Source of the DNA: a virus
Reading direction: 5' to 3' (one strand)
DNA length: 64,000 bases
Virus record (IMG/VR): IMGVR_UViG_3300010354_000047
Coordinates: 72,374 to 136,373 of that record
Part shown: piece by piece, positions 9,901 to 19,311 of the stretch
How positions within the stretch are numbered: the first letter of the stretch is position 1
Layout: each line of letters starts with the position of its first letter
Notes under the pieces: generated by a model
Database searches by the model: none
Told to the model about the DNA's origin: nothing
The model's input: only the letters and a program-made list of their open reading frames with translations
Program-made: the position numbers and the translations under genes

Positions 9901-11735
9901 ACGATACTAAAAATGTATATGATGACGACGACAGCTCAGAGAGCATGGGTCTCTGCCTGAAGGATATTGCCAATGGGGCAACTACTTCTACAGTCTCAGG
10001 CATCACAGTTATTCAGACTGGGACAGCCGCGAGTTCAACCTCTCGCTATCGTCCAGAAGTTATCGAGTTTTCCGTGCTCTCTTCGACAGAAATCGAAAAC
10101 CCTCGACAAACAGTCTCAGTCGTTCGGCTCAGTTCGACTGAAGGTGAGGAATACATTCGTGTAACTAATCTGAACGGAACAATTGTTCGCGGTATCCGTC
10201 TTAATTACCAAAACAGCTTCTACCCTTCTACCGCTCCAGGTTTCAATTGGCCCCAGCTAACGACCGTTACGGTTTGCTCCACAAACCCAATCGCTGAGAC
10301 TGAACTTTACGACCCTGATTGGTCAAATACGAAGAGGGCTGTTTATCGCTTTTTCCAGGTGATGGGTTATAGTCCTGAGATCATGAAGCCATACCTCACT
10401 CCTCAGTATTGGGGAGAGAGATTGCTTTCGGTTTCCGTTCTCGAAGGGACCCTTCCGGAAAACGGTTATGCTCTAACCACTGATAAGTGGCCTCTCGAGT
10501 TTAACCAACCGTCTGCAGTGATTGCCAACACTCACACATGGGCTTACACTGGCTACTACAATTACTCTCGCGGCCTTCCCGAGTTTCAGACAAATGATTT
10601 CACCAAGAAATTGGCGGCGGACTTCCAGGCTACAACGACCTGGAGCGGACGCCTGACTGTAACAGGGATAAATGACAAAGGTGAAATCGTTCAGTTTGGA
10701 CCACAAAGGCAAGCTCTTACGGCCAACTTCTACGAAGACACATACCCTACCACCAATGTTGCAAATCAACAAATCTACGAAGAGCAACCCTATGTGGAAT
10801 TCCCGGCTCAAGTCGTCGTCTACTCTGTCGACGACATTTCCTCACTATTCGACGGAGTTATCGACACTTTCGATCTACTGAGAAGCGGGCTTGCGATTCC
10901 CCCAGAACAGCTCAGTGTAGAATCCTTATTTGTTGCCCTTGGCGCTTCAATGCAGAAGCCAGTGGAAAGTTACACACTTCTTAACAACAAGATCAAATTC
11001 GCTTCACCTCCTCCAGAGGGTACGAATTGCAACATTCGGGTAGTCACTAGTGTAGATTCTTCTCGCACCTTGGTCACTGTTCCGCTTGAGTTCCAGGAGC
11101 AGTTTGATGGCTCGCGAACAACGTTTACTGCCGTCTCTTCGAGCGTGGATATAACCCCTCTCGAAATCACATCGAACGGTACCTTTGTTTTCTTGGGTGG
11201 TGTTGAGCAAATCCCGGTATCAGATGTTAACCCCTCTCTGCCATTCTCTTATTCGATTGAGAGAACTTCTCCGACGACTGTTCAGTTTTCTTTCACTGGG
11301 CCTCCTCCTGCTGGGACAACTCTAGATGTCAGAACAATCTGTTCAGGTTCGTACTGGTCACTACGTGGAATCTACCCTGTAGAAGTCTACTCGCTTGACT
11401 CAATTGCTTGCGACTTTAACGGTGCTAATCTATCTTTCAACCTCACTTATGACGGGTTGCTGGTGAACCCTAATGCTGTCACACAGGATAACCTAATCGT
11501 CAGCCTTGGTGGATCGATTCAAATTCCTGGAGTTTCTTACACTGTGGAAAACTCCATTCTCACTTTCCTTGACCCGGTAGATGCGCCGCAACCAGGTACG
11601 ACCATTAACCTTCGAGTGATTGCGAATGCCGAGTTTATCTCTTGCCAAGATCAATCGGTTTACGGTTCCGGATTCCTGAGATGGGGACCCGGCCTCGTTC
11701 TCACTCTTGCTAACGATGCTGGACTGTTAGGGTGA
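6972..11735 (+). CDS. Large tail fibre / virion structural protein
   Basis: N-terminal ILKRSS..KRP..L.PGEIGLN fibre anchor; central region paralogous to 11777; three C-terminal F(D/N)G..F.L...LGG..Q.P...Y beta-sandwich repeats typical of cyanophage structural proteins. Confidence 0.8.
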   Translation: MSAKRIILKRSSIAGKRPTAENLSPGEIGLNTNSTEPGAFFQTTDGRTVKVGPTSYLSYPPTEFPEKGELWFDSEDGTLKVGTAEHEWMSISAPFLGGEGPIVFVAPEFHFSTDSLSNDGQALPFQTVSRAILELSKIYLSRVLSGFSTRDESKRYTIFIFPSQSIANNSPGVSPEEFNLDLSNKVGNDITIPELEQFNPVTGGIVVPFGITLRGIDLKKSVISPSYVPSYSNPFYPTGLQGVDQPLSAIFKCGGNVYAEDFSVVDKLSERVIVGVIDDNDLAVFRSERPHGLRVDDFVTVSYFATVDQSTGTFQPGNYYAVPVDSYHFYLSTGPQTESQAAEYILFQSIPALVNDSNPKFLVTNSLKSAHRLSLFRNASLSEIQEYFVKVQKAFPKVFGGKVTDTPQIVDQGDYVIVGPVGAYPQNEASNTTKNSSFYANQVNMRSEYGMCWGDFDGRLVSGFKSVVANACTAITLQNDPCVYEVYTTLVNPDTNLPEKKWWGLTQAVYLSTPVEQRPASIVDVPVVQQLDVLNTTPINNIRYHYENLKTEAGKSIGIVNTEKDFRHFGFRVQNGAYGQFQSTYCIGAAVGVWALNGGTCSLTNSTTNFGSVAFKAEGFLGINTIGGAKANGKGFVFEGIQRPLAITKSQAENTSNKKILSLGGRITNIYLDESDPNIQIVELSSDFSPCYLLPFSLKPGSALWVESESCTYRGFLATDGGPTIFTGIDSPNFAKIRIRSSDSTIPNNTDLLPVLGVPYVRRFSDPRQDFERSYSICLKNTFQNAISPQIGSVLRLNQTSQQLGSSSLTPNVQFDPGILGGWGRVFTVDAVETGGLGASPQFNYTISDPSQDQTYYVAITGSDMSRPWVQGLNFRNSQGDYVTFENRNWYAAENNIWESLYYGDSSSFTENFGPYSIAPIERCSPFVDTSVLEKQEKVLDTYQGVYAPDDFVGNPEYVGYENGTYFRGSTEPYPTYDTKNVYDDDDSSESMGLCLKDIANGATTSTVSGITVIQTGTAASSTSRYRPEVIEFSVLSSTEIENPRQTVSVVRLSSTEGEEYIRVTNLNGTIVRGIRLNYQNSFYPSTAPGFNWPQLTTVTVCSTNPIAETELYDPDWSNTKRAVYRFFQVMGYSPEIMKPYLTPQYWGERLLSVSVLEGTLPENGYALTTDKWPLEFNQPSAVIANTHTWAYTGYYNYSRGLPEFQTNDFTKKLAADFQATTTWSGRLTVTGINDKGEIVQFGPQRQALTANFYEDTYPTTNVANQQIYEEQPYVEFPAQVVVYSVDDISSLFDGVIDTFDLLRSGLAIPPEQLSVESLFVALGASMQKPVESYTLLNNKIKFASPPPEGTNCNIRVVTSVDSSRTLVTVPLEFQEQFDGSRTTFTAVSSSVDITPLEITSNGTFVFLGGVEQIPVSDVNPSLPFSYSIERTSPTTVQFSFTGPPPAGTTLDVRTICSGSYWSLRGIYPVEVYSLDSIACDFNGANLSFNLTYDGLLVNPNAVTQDNLIVSLGGSIQIPGVSYTVENSILTFLDPVDAPQPGTTINLRVIANAEFISCQDQSVYGSGFLRWGPGLVLTLANDAGLLG

Positions 11736-11741
11736 TCTGTA

Positions 11742-11749
11742 GGGTATAA
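11742..11749 (+). promoter_or_regulatory. Putative late promoter GGGTATAA
   Basis: Intergenic, 35 nt before GTG 11777. Confidence 0.7.
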
Positions 11750-11776
11750 CTTTTTTATACGTGAGATAGTGCAAAA

Positions 11777-14700
11777 GTGTCATTAACAAGAGCTCAATTG
11801 CTAATGGGGGACAGCGGGCAAGGTCCGCTTCTCCCTGGCCAAGTTCAAGGTGTTAAACCAGGTCCGGGCGTGTCGATCGACTCAGACGGCACTATTACCT
11901 TTTTTGCCGGCTCAGCAACTGGCGTCGTTAGGACCAATAACACTTCTGCATATAATGGCTATATCTGGCCGAGTTCCACTCTCACCAATGGTCAATTAGT
12001 TTTAGGCGCGGGCGGAAATTTGTCATGGGGACGAATTCCGGGATACGGCCTCGTTGAAAACGGTAGTGCTCTGAAGTCTCGAACCGTAGTTTCAACCTCA
12101 GCTCCCTCTACCGGAGTTGGATTGAATGAAGCCCCGGAAGGGGGAATGTATTGGAATAGCGAAAACGAGATTCTCTATATCCGGTATGGGGGCGTATGGA
12201 ACCAAGTTAGTTATGGTCCCGCTGACCTAAGTACGGACCTACTGACCGGAACTTACACACTGTATGTTAACCCTGAAATCGGAAGTGACAAATACGTCAC
12301 AGGGGTTTATGACGGAAGCGTGACTCCGGTGATTACCAACCAAATGGTAGTAGCCGGTTATACTCCACAGAAGCCGTTTAAGACGATAGCCCGTGCCGCT
12401 CTTGAAATAGCACGTATACAGAGTGGTTTGGGTCTTGATGCTCAAGCTTTCGATCGTTATGTAATTAGCTGCTCATCTGGAACGCACATTGTCGACAACG
12501 ACTTTGGAATCGGAGCTGTGATCGGTTGGGAAGATGGAGAAGTTCCAAGCGACGCCAAGCTTCGAGAAATGAACAGCGAAACTTACGCTGGTGTTGTGTT
12601 GCCAAGGGGTGTGTCGGTTGTCGGAGCGGACCTTCGCAAAACAATTATTCGGCCGAAGTATGTTCCGGAAAAGAGCGGAAGCATGGAGGGTGACCGTGCC
12701 TCCATCTTTCGAGTCACGGGGGGCAGTTTCTTCTTCAACTTCACATTTAAGGATAAAGAAGACTACGAAGAAAGTCACCACTTACTTGACTGTTTCTCGT
12801 TTGTCTCAGACTCGGATCTAGAAGATTACTACGAAAAAGCGCAGATTATCTTCAATCAGGCGTACAGGAATGAACCTGTGAACCCTGGGGAAACAGAAAT
12901 CGTAGCTCCTCAACCTCCAGGAGTTGCTGAAGAGGAAACTGATTCTGTCTACGGATCTTCCCCATACATTTTTAACTGCTCTGTTCGCTCTGAGTACGGA
13001 CTTTGCGGAGTGAACGCAGATGGCGCGGATGTAACTGGCTTCCGTTCGATGGTTCTTGCGCAATTCACGGGAGTGAGTTTGCAGAAAGACCTGACTTGTT
13101 GGCAGAAGTACAACTCCGGACCTAAAACCTGGACCAATACAATCCTGAACTACAACTCTTACATCTCGCTCAACCCAAATGATGTGAGAATGGATCCTAC
13201 GAAGAGAAGTTTTCACGTTAGGGCCATCAATAATGCGTTTGTTCAAGAAGTATCCGTATTCGCGATTGGACAAGGTATTCACCACTGGGTGAAGTCCGGC
13301 GGGGAGATTTCAATCACCAACTCAAATAGCTCGTTCGGTGGTTGCGCTGCCCTCGCTGAGGACTACAAGTCCGAAGCTTTTCCACAGGATTCAAACTGGA
13401 ACGTGGCCACAATCAATGTGGCTGCTAATCTCAGTGATCAAGTCCCCAACATATCATTGTATAAGCTTGGGACGGTAGCCACTGGCCAGGTTGATGACGC
13501 AACGACCATAACTCTTTCCCTCCCTCTCACGGACTCTGAGAGGTACCCAGGAACCCCTGAGATTTTAGCATCACGAAATTACACTTTTGCCCCAGGAAGC
13601 TACCTCTGGATTGAGAACAGTGATGGCCCAGACTGGAGAGCACCTTTAGAAACAGTGGCTTGGACTTCTGGATCTCCGGACAGTATTGAAATTACCGTCG
13701 CAATGGAGAATCAGGACGGTGACCTACCGGGAGTGGGAGGGCAGCCGAGTCTTGAAGGGAGTCAAGTTTATGTTCGCCGCTTACAGGATACGCGTACCCT
13801 TTCGCAAAGAAGATACAGTCTAAACATCACTAATACTGATAGCAACACTCGAGCCCCACTCCGAGACTACGTCGTTCAGACAACAATTGGATCAGGTGGC
13901 GGAATAGTCGGACCGCTCCCCGACTCCGACATGGTTTTAGTGAATAAATCGGGATCCATTCCAATCGGAACTGATCCAGTAGTTCGGAAGTCGCAAGTTA
14001 TTCTTCAAAGAGCGAACCCGTTAAATACGTGGACTGCAGATAACTACTATAGACCTGGTGATACTGTTCGCCATGAGAATAAGCATTTTACTTGCGTTCT
14101 GGAGAATTCTGATTCCGTTTTTGATGCGGATAAGTGGAACCAGTCTTTCGTTCACATGCCGTCAGACTTTAATGCTTACGACTTCTTCCTGAATGTTTCC
14201 CCGGTCATCTATTTTGATAACGACACCGATGGTCAAGACGAGACATCGAACTGTGGCTATGATCTGACCACGTGCTGGGAAACCGACTCAGAAATTATAG
14301 CCCAGTACACTTCGGCAACTGATTATCGAGGAGTTTACCAGTTTCTTGTTGGACTTGGTTTCTCGAGTGCAGATGCTCAAGACATTTTGCTTCCCGCACC
14401 TTCCTCCGCAAGAGAGCTTGATCCCTCTTCCAGCGTGGACATGAAGGGTTACGTTCCGGACGGAGCCGCGAACCTTCTCTCCAACTGGCCGATTGAATTC
14501 CGAAGACCCTCTGTCCTTCGAATTTTTGGCCATGCATGGGAGTGGGCAGGTTTCTTAAACTATTCAAAAGCTCTTCCTGCTTATCAGGGCGATCTATCTG
14601 CGCAAAACCAATTCACCTATTACTTCACAAATCAGCTCGGGGGAAGGGTGTATGCTACAGGTTTCAATCAGGAAGGGTACTTCGTAACCGCTGCCGGCTT

Positions 14701-15364
14701 AACAGATCTTTCAACCGGGGAAAATATAGGGATTTCAGACCTTGGTGGCAACTTTGAAGGAATTACTACTCCTCCGGTCTACATCCCCGCCTCGATTATT
14801 GAAAATAAGGGGGATATCCTGATCGGATTGTCCAGCGACACTCCCTCTGTCTTGCCTGTGGGTCCCGACGGATACGTTTTGACAGCGGACTCCTCTACAT
14901 CCTCAGGTTTAGCCTGGGTCGCAGGAATACCAGCGGGAGTTATTGTGATGTGGTCTGGTACCATAGCGAACATACCAACGGGTTGGGCACTTTGCAATGG
15001 TTCGGGAGGTACTCCAGACCTCCGTAACAGATTCATTGTCGGTGCCCATAGCGGAACGGGAAGTGGAACTACAACTTCCGCAGGACCAACGGTGAATGTT
15101 TCAACCGGAGCGCTGAGTGCGAACTATACTCCAGGTAACATTGGTGGTGGAAATGGCCATCAGTTGTCTGTAGCCGAACTTGCTGCGCATACTCATAAAG
15201 TCTTTTTTGATGGGTTCGACTATCTCGGCCAAGCAGCAGGGGGGCCTAACCTCGGAACTTACGGTCCGTTGGATACTGAGGCGACGACCACCGGAGCCGG
15301 TTCTAACTATTACCATGAGAATCGTCCTGCTTATTACGCCCTAGCGTATATTATGAAACTTTGA
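11777..15364 (+). CDS. Tail fibre protein with C-terminal tail collar domain
   Basis: IPAGVIVMWSGTIANIPTGWALCNGSGGTPDLRNRFIVG, HTH and HENRPAYYALAYIMKL; short carbohydrate-binding-like WTADNYYRPGDTVRH segment. Confidence 0.85.
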   Translation: MSLTRAQLLMGDSGQGPLLPGQVQGVKPGPGVSIDSDGTITFFAGSATGVVRTNNTSAYNGYIWPSSTLTNGQLVLGAGGNLSWGRIPGYGLVENGSALKSRTVVSTSAPSTGVGLNEAPEGGMYWNSENEILYIRYGGVWNQVSYGPADLSTDLLTGTYTLYVNPEIGSDKYVTGVYDGSVTPVITNQMVVAGYTPQKPFKTIARAALEIARIQSGLGLDAQAFDRYVISCSSGTHIVDNDFGIGAVIGWEDGEVPSDAKLREMNSETYAGVVLPRGVSVVGADLRKTIIRPKYVPEKSGSMEGDRASIFRVTGGSFFFNFTFKDKEDYEESHHLLDCFSFVSDSDLEDYYEKAQIIFNQAYRNEPVNPGETEIVAPQPPGVAEEETDSVYGSSPYIFNCSVRSEYGLCGVNADGADVTGFRSMVLAQFTGVSLQKDLTCWQKYNSGPKTWTNTILNYNSYISLNPNDVRMDPTKRSFHVRAINNAFVQEVSVFAIGQGIHHWVKSGGEISITNSNSSFGGCAALAEDYKSEAFPQDSNWNVATINVAANLSDQVPNISLYKLGTVATGQVDDATTITLSLPLTDSERYPGTPEILASRNYTFAPGSYLWIENSDGPDWRAPLETVAWTSGSPDSIEITVAMENQDGDLPGVGGQPSLEGSQVYVRRLQDTRTLSQRRYSLNITNTDSNTRAPLRDYVVQTTIGSGGGIVGPLPDSDMVLVNKSGSIPIGTDPVVRKSQVILQRANPLNTWTADNYYRPGDTVRHENKHFTCVLENSDSVFDADKWNQSFVHMPSDFNAYDFFLNVSPVIYFDNDTDGQDETSNCGYDLTTCWETDSEIIAQYTSATDYRGVYQFLVGLGFSSADAQDILLPAPSSARELDPSSSVDMKGYVPDGAANLLSNWPIEFRRPSVLRIFGHAWEWAGFLNYSKALPAYQGDLSAQNQFTYYFTNQLGGRVYATGFNQEGYFVTAAGLTDLSTGENIGISDLGGNFEGITTPPVYIPASIIENKGDILIGLSSDTPSVLPVGPDGYVLTADSSTSSGLAWVAGIPAGVIVMWSGTIANIPTGWALCNGSGGTPDLRNRFIVGAHSGTGSGTTTSAGPTVNVSTGALSANYTPGNIGGGNGHQLSVAELAAHTHKVFFDGFDYLGQAAGGPNLGTYGPLDTEATTTGAGSNYYHENRPAYYALAYIMKL

Positions 15365-15397
15365 TGAGCCCCGAACTAATTCTCCCCTCTTAAAAAA

Positions 15398-16090
15398 ATG
15401 CCTTTGATCAGAATCTTTGCAAAAAGACAAGCCGTCATAATCGGAGACGATGCGGCTGCAGGGGTCGATACCTCTTTAATTTCTCCTGACATTCGCGTCA
15501 TAACTTTCGATCAGAATATACCTATCGGAAGTATTGTATACTGCGCAGACTCAGAAACCGGGGTAATCCCTCCCCTTGAAACCATAACAAGTTTAGAGCC
15601 CTGGATGAGTGTGGTAGAAGAAGCTGAGGAAATTATCTTTTGTCAGAAGAACCCAAAGACCTTTTACAGTACAATCGAGCCTGTCGGACGGGCGATAACG
15701 GTAAGTGAGAAAGGTTGGCCCCAACCTGAAAATAGCACGGAACAAGAGCCCCCTTCACCCCCCTCCCAAAATACTAAACTTTATTGGTCGGGTGAAGATT
15801 TCGTCTGGTGCACTTTTCCCTTTGAAAGCTCCCTGGAGGAAGCTAAAACCCATATGTGCCAGACTCTGAAACAGATGGCATATTCTCTTTTGCAGCCAAC
15901 GGACTGGTACGTCATTCGGGAGTTTGAGACAGGAACAGAAACCCCCCTAGAGGTAACCACGTGGAGGGGACAAATCCGTGAACAAACTAATGAAAAGGAA
16001 GCAGAAGTGAACAGTAAAGTGTCGAAAGAAGAACTAGACTCCTACTGTCAATCAGGTTCCTTCTTAAGCTGGGTGAATGGTCCCTTGTGA
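15398..16090 (+). CDS. Probable tail fibre assembly chaperone
   Basis: Follows the collar-bearing fibre; C-terminal LLQPTDWYVIRE.ETG...P...TTWRGQIR motif. Confidence 0.65.
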   Translation: MPLIRIFAKRQAVIIGDDAAAGVDTSLISPDIRVITFDQNIPIGSIVYCADSETGVIPPLETITSLEPWMSVVEEAEEIIFCQKNPKTFYSTIEPVGRAITVSEKGWPQPENSTEQEPPSPPSQNTKLYWSGEDFVWCTFPFESSLEEAKTHMCQTLKQMAYSLLQPTDWYVIREFETGTETPLEVTTWRGQIREQTNEKEAEVNSKVSKEELDSYCQSGSFLSWVNGPL

Positions 16091-16133
16091 CTTTCGACGT
16101 TATAAAGTCTCTTCCGTCAGGTTTGTACTCCGG

Positions 16134-16141
16134 GGGTAAAA
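16134..16141 (+). promoter_or_regulatory. Putative late promoter GGGTAAAA
   Basis: 31 nt before ATG 16165. Confidence 0.7.
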
Positions 16142-16164
16142 CCCAATAACTCCTGTAATTAAAG

Positions 16165-17904
16165 ATGCCATCGAGTTCTGACATAATTACTCCAATTCTG
16201 CTGTTGCGGTCCTCTACAGCTTCTAAGAGGCCCGATCCCGCCGACTTGCTTCCGGGGCAGCCTGCAATCAATTACAATAGCTCTGACCCAGGTCTCTATT
16301 TTTCAGATAGCACTCTGTCGGAACTCCTGAAGATAGGTCCATGTCACGTGGGTCCTACTGAACCAAATGGCACTCCCGCTATTGGAGGGTACGCCGGTAA
16401 ATGTGTAGGGGAATCTTGGCTGGATACATCTGATCCAGAGCGAAACACTCTCAAGATTTGGGACGGGTCGGCGTGGCTTATTGCGGGTCAAATTACTCCC
16501 AACACCTTCTTTATCTCAAACACCCTATGGGTGGACGTGGATGGGGACGACTCAAATACGGGCCGTTCACCTATCTACGCGAAAAAGACGATTCAGGCCG
16601 CTCTCGATGAAGCAACTGCGGGCATGACCATCAGAGTTTCTCCCGGTTCTTTCATCGAGGATAATCCCTTAATCTTTTCCGACGTTAACATCACCATTTC
16701 TGGAGCCGGTAGTCAGATAACAGAGATTGTTCTAGAGAATGATGCCGACCTGTTTCATATGCGAAGCGGGTCTGTGGTGCAAGACTTCACTTTTTCAAAA
16801 GAGACTGCCGTAACAAATAAGGCTATCACTCGGTTTATTCCTACGGGAGCAGGGACGATTGTTACACCTCCTCTGGTGAAAGATTGCGTAGCAAACGTCG
16901 AGGGGGCAATCGGAATTCTGGCTGATGGTAATGCCTCTGGTGGTTTAAAGACTTTCTCCTCTTCGGACTTCAAGGTTTCCGCCGAAAACAGCGTGGGATT
17001 CAAATGCTTGAACAAAGCTTTTATTGAAGCGGATGGTTGTGAGACAACTTACGCTCAGACATCGATGCTCACCGAATCCGGAGGAACAATTCGGGCAACG
17101 AACTGCAAGTCTGTGTATGGGGAATATGGCCTTGTTTCAAATGGTATTAGCGACCCTGAGCAGACTGGGGAATTTGCAACTATTGATGCCCTGGGAACAC
17201 ACATTCAAGTAGATGACTTATCTGAAACTTTGAGACCCTATGAAGGGCAAGTTCTCACAGTAGGTGGGACATTCTTCCGAGTGTGCGGATTTCTGATCTC
17301 GGACCCAGGAGACGGCTACACATCACCCCCGCAAGTTATCGTCAGTCTTGGCTCCGGTCCAAACCCAGTAGCGGCTGAAGGCTTTGCAGTCATTGAAGAT
17401 GGTCAAGTCGTGGATATAGTTTTGACAGAACCTGGCCAGGGGTACTCAGAATCAGATGTAGTCACAGTAACCTTTGTCGGTGGGACAGGTTGTCCCGCTC
17501 ACGCCGAAGCAGTTCTTTCACCGATTTACTACACTGTTAATACTGCCTCAGAGATTGCAGGAAATTCTAGCGTTGTGTGTATATCTGAACCCCTTCCGTA
17601 TTCCCCATCCCCAGGAGACGAAGTTGTCTTTTACAGGATGAGCAAAATTGTAGCCCATTCCCATTACTTTGGCTACCTGGGAACCGGAAGTCAAACTCCT
17701 TTTGAAGGAGGCTCCCCCGTACCAGAAAACGAGGTCGTTGAGCAGGATGGAGGAAGAGTTTTCGTAAGTAGCATGAATCAATCAGGGAATTTCAGGGTTG
17801 GAAAAGAATTCTGCATCAGCCAGGTTGATAATGTGATTTCCGGCTTCACTTTTTCGAATTCGGTTTTGGCTGCCGTTTTACCCATCATTACTGCAATTGA
17901 CTGA
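16165..17904 (+). CDS. Tail fibre/spike protein with pectin-lyase-like beta-helix
   Basis: Same N-terminal anchor as 6972 (LLRSS..KRP....PG..A.N....PG.YF); GDDSNTG...AKKTIQAAL beta-helix entry; PGxGY repeats. Confidence 0.75.
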   Translation: MPSSSDIITPILLLRSSTASKRPDPADLLPGQPAINYNSSDPGLYFSDSTLSELLKIGPCHVGPTEPNGTPAIGGYAGKCVGESWLDTSDPERNTLKIWDGSAWLIAGQITPNTFFISNTLWVDVDGDDSNTGRSPIYAKKTIQAALDEATAGMTIRVSPGSFIEDNPLIFSDVNITISGAGSQITEIVLENDADLFHMRSGSVVQDFTFSKETAVTNKAITRFIPTGAGTIVTPPLVKDCVANVEGAIGILADGNASGGLKTFSSSDFKVSAENSVGFKCLNKAFIEADGCETTYAQTSMLTESGGTIRATNCKSVYGEYGLVSNGISDPEQTGEFATIDALGTHIQVDDLSETLRPYEGQVLTVGGTFFRVCGFLISDPGDGYTSPPQVIVSLGSGPNPVAAEGFAVIEDGQVVDIVLTEPGQGYSESDVVTVTFVGGTGCPAHAEAVLSPIYYTVNTASEIAGNSSVVCISEPLPYSPSPGDEVVFYRMSKIVAHSHYFGYLGTGSQTPFEGGSPVPENEVVEQDGGRVFVSSMNQSGNFRVGKEFCISQVDNVISGFTFSNSVLAAVLPIITAID

Positions 17905-17905
17905 G

Positions 17906-18265
17906 ATGACTTTACCTCTAACCACTTTTAATACCACATTTCTCGAGATTCCCGAGATTGAAGAAACTTTTTATACCGCTCCAGCCGGGTACTCTCAGAT
18001 TGTGACCATGTGCCAGGTTTCAAACGTGTCCACTACAGACAGTGGATTAGTGAGCTTAAACTTAAACCGTGGCCTCGACGTAATCCAGCAACTTAACGAG
18101 TACGAAATTCCTCCTGGCGAAGTTCTTTGTGTTTACGGAGCTGGACAAGGTTCCTTGATTCTAGAACCTGGTGACTTCATTTCCGTGTTTCGCTCACCGG
18201 GAGAGGGTGTGACTTTGAACATCACAATGAGTGTAATTGGAACACTTATCGCCAAGACCTGCTGA
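17906..18265 (+). CDS. Small virion structural protein (beta-rich)
   Basis: YTAPAG..QVSN..LILEPGD pattern; ATG 2 nt after the upstream stop. Confidence 0.65.
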   Translation: MTLPLTTFNTTFLEIPEIEETFYTAPAGYSQIVTMCQVSNVSTTDSGLVSLNLNRGLDVIQQLNEYEIPPGEVLCVYGAGQGSLILEPGDFISVFRSPGEGVTLNITMSVIGTLIAKTC

Positions 18266-18275
18266 ATAGACCAAA

Positions 18276-19304
18276 ATGGCCAAATTTTTTGACGACAAAG
18301 TTATTCCCACTCCCCCGGAAGAAGCCGGGGAAGATCGCTATGATCTGCTGAGTCTAAAAAGTGCAGAGCCCAACCTTGGCCTTCCGGAAACAAGCGGATA
18401 CGTTTTAGCTAGCGACACAGAGGGAAATAGATATTGGGTTGCTATCTCAAGTGCCGATGGTGACTGGATTCCTAAATCCATCATACTCGCAAAGGGTGAC
18501 ACAATTGTAGGCTTAAGCTCCGGAAACCCTGTTAAGCTTCCCGTTGGCTCAGACGGTCAAGTATTGACAGCCGATTCATCAGCGTCGTACGGAGTTAAAT
18601 GGGGAGATGTACCTCTTGGTGACTTCATTCCGAATGCTATAATTACAGCCAAGGGAGACCTCATTATAGGAGAGGCCTCTAATGACCCCAACAAATTAGC
18701 CGTAGGAACAAATGGCTACGTATTGACCGCAGACTCCACGGCACCTCTTGGCATAAAGTGGGCAAGTCCTGCTGGGGACTTTATCCCTAACTCTGTGATT
18801 AGTGCGAAAGGGGATCTGATCATTGGGGAAGCCGCCAGTGACCCAAACAAGTTACCCGTTGGAACAAACGGTCATGTGTTGACAGCGGATGCGTCTGCAC
18901 CCTTGGGAGTCACATGGGCACCGACTGCGAGCCCCTTAAACTTAACCACGGTAACCAAAACAGCTACGTCTTTGGCACCAGGCGCAGCATATGATTTCAC
19001 TATTTCCGGGTCGTGTTTCCTCTTCGTTCGCATAAACGCTAACCAGCCAGCCTGGATAAGGGGGTACGGTACCTCCGCAGCAAGATCGGCAGATATACGA
19101 ACCCTTCCTGGCGCACCTTACCCAGACCCTGGGACGGGTTTCTTCACAGAGGTAGTCACGACAGCTCTTGAGCCGGAAATCTCGTTGTCACCCTTGCCAA
19201 CAATTTATGGCGACTCTTCTACTACTTATTGGAGAGTTATCAACCAAGACACCCTTACTCGAACGATCACAATGGTGTTCAGCATTGTTACTTTAATCGA
19301 CTGA
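18276..19304 (+). CDS. Fibre-like protein with three ~53-aa shaft repeats
   Basis: 3x IP.S.I.AKGD.I.G....P.KLPVG..G.VLTADS....G..W; one copy also occurs in 11777. Confidence 0.75.
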   Translation: MAKFFDDKVIPTPPEEAGEDRYDLLSLKSAEPNLGLPETSGYVLASDTEGNRYWVAISSADGDWIPKSIILAKGDTIVGLSSGNPVKLPVGSDGQVLTADSSASYGVKWGDVPLGDFIPNAIITAKGDLIIGEASNDPNKLAVGTNGYVLTADSTAPLGIKWASPAGDFIPNSVISAKGDLIIGEAASDPNKLPVGTNGHVLTADASAPLGVTWAPTASPLNLTTVTKTATSLAPGAAYDFTISGSCFLFVRINANQPAWIRGYGTSAARSADIRTLPGAPYPDPGTGFFTEVVTTALEPEISLSPLPTIYGDSSTTYWRVINQDTLTRTITMVFSIVTLID

Positions 19305-19311
19305 GGTAAGA

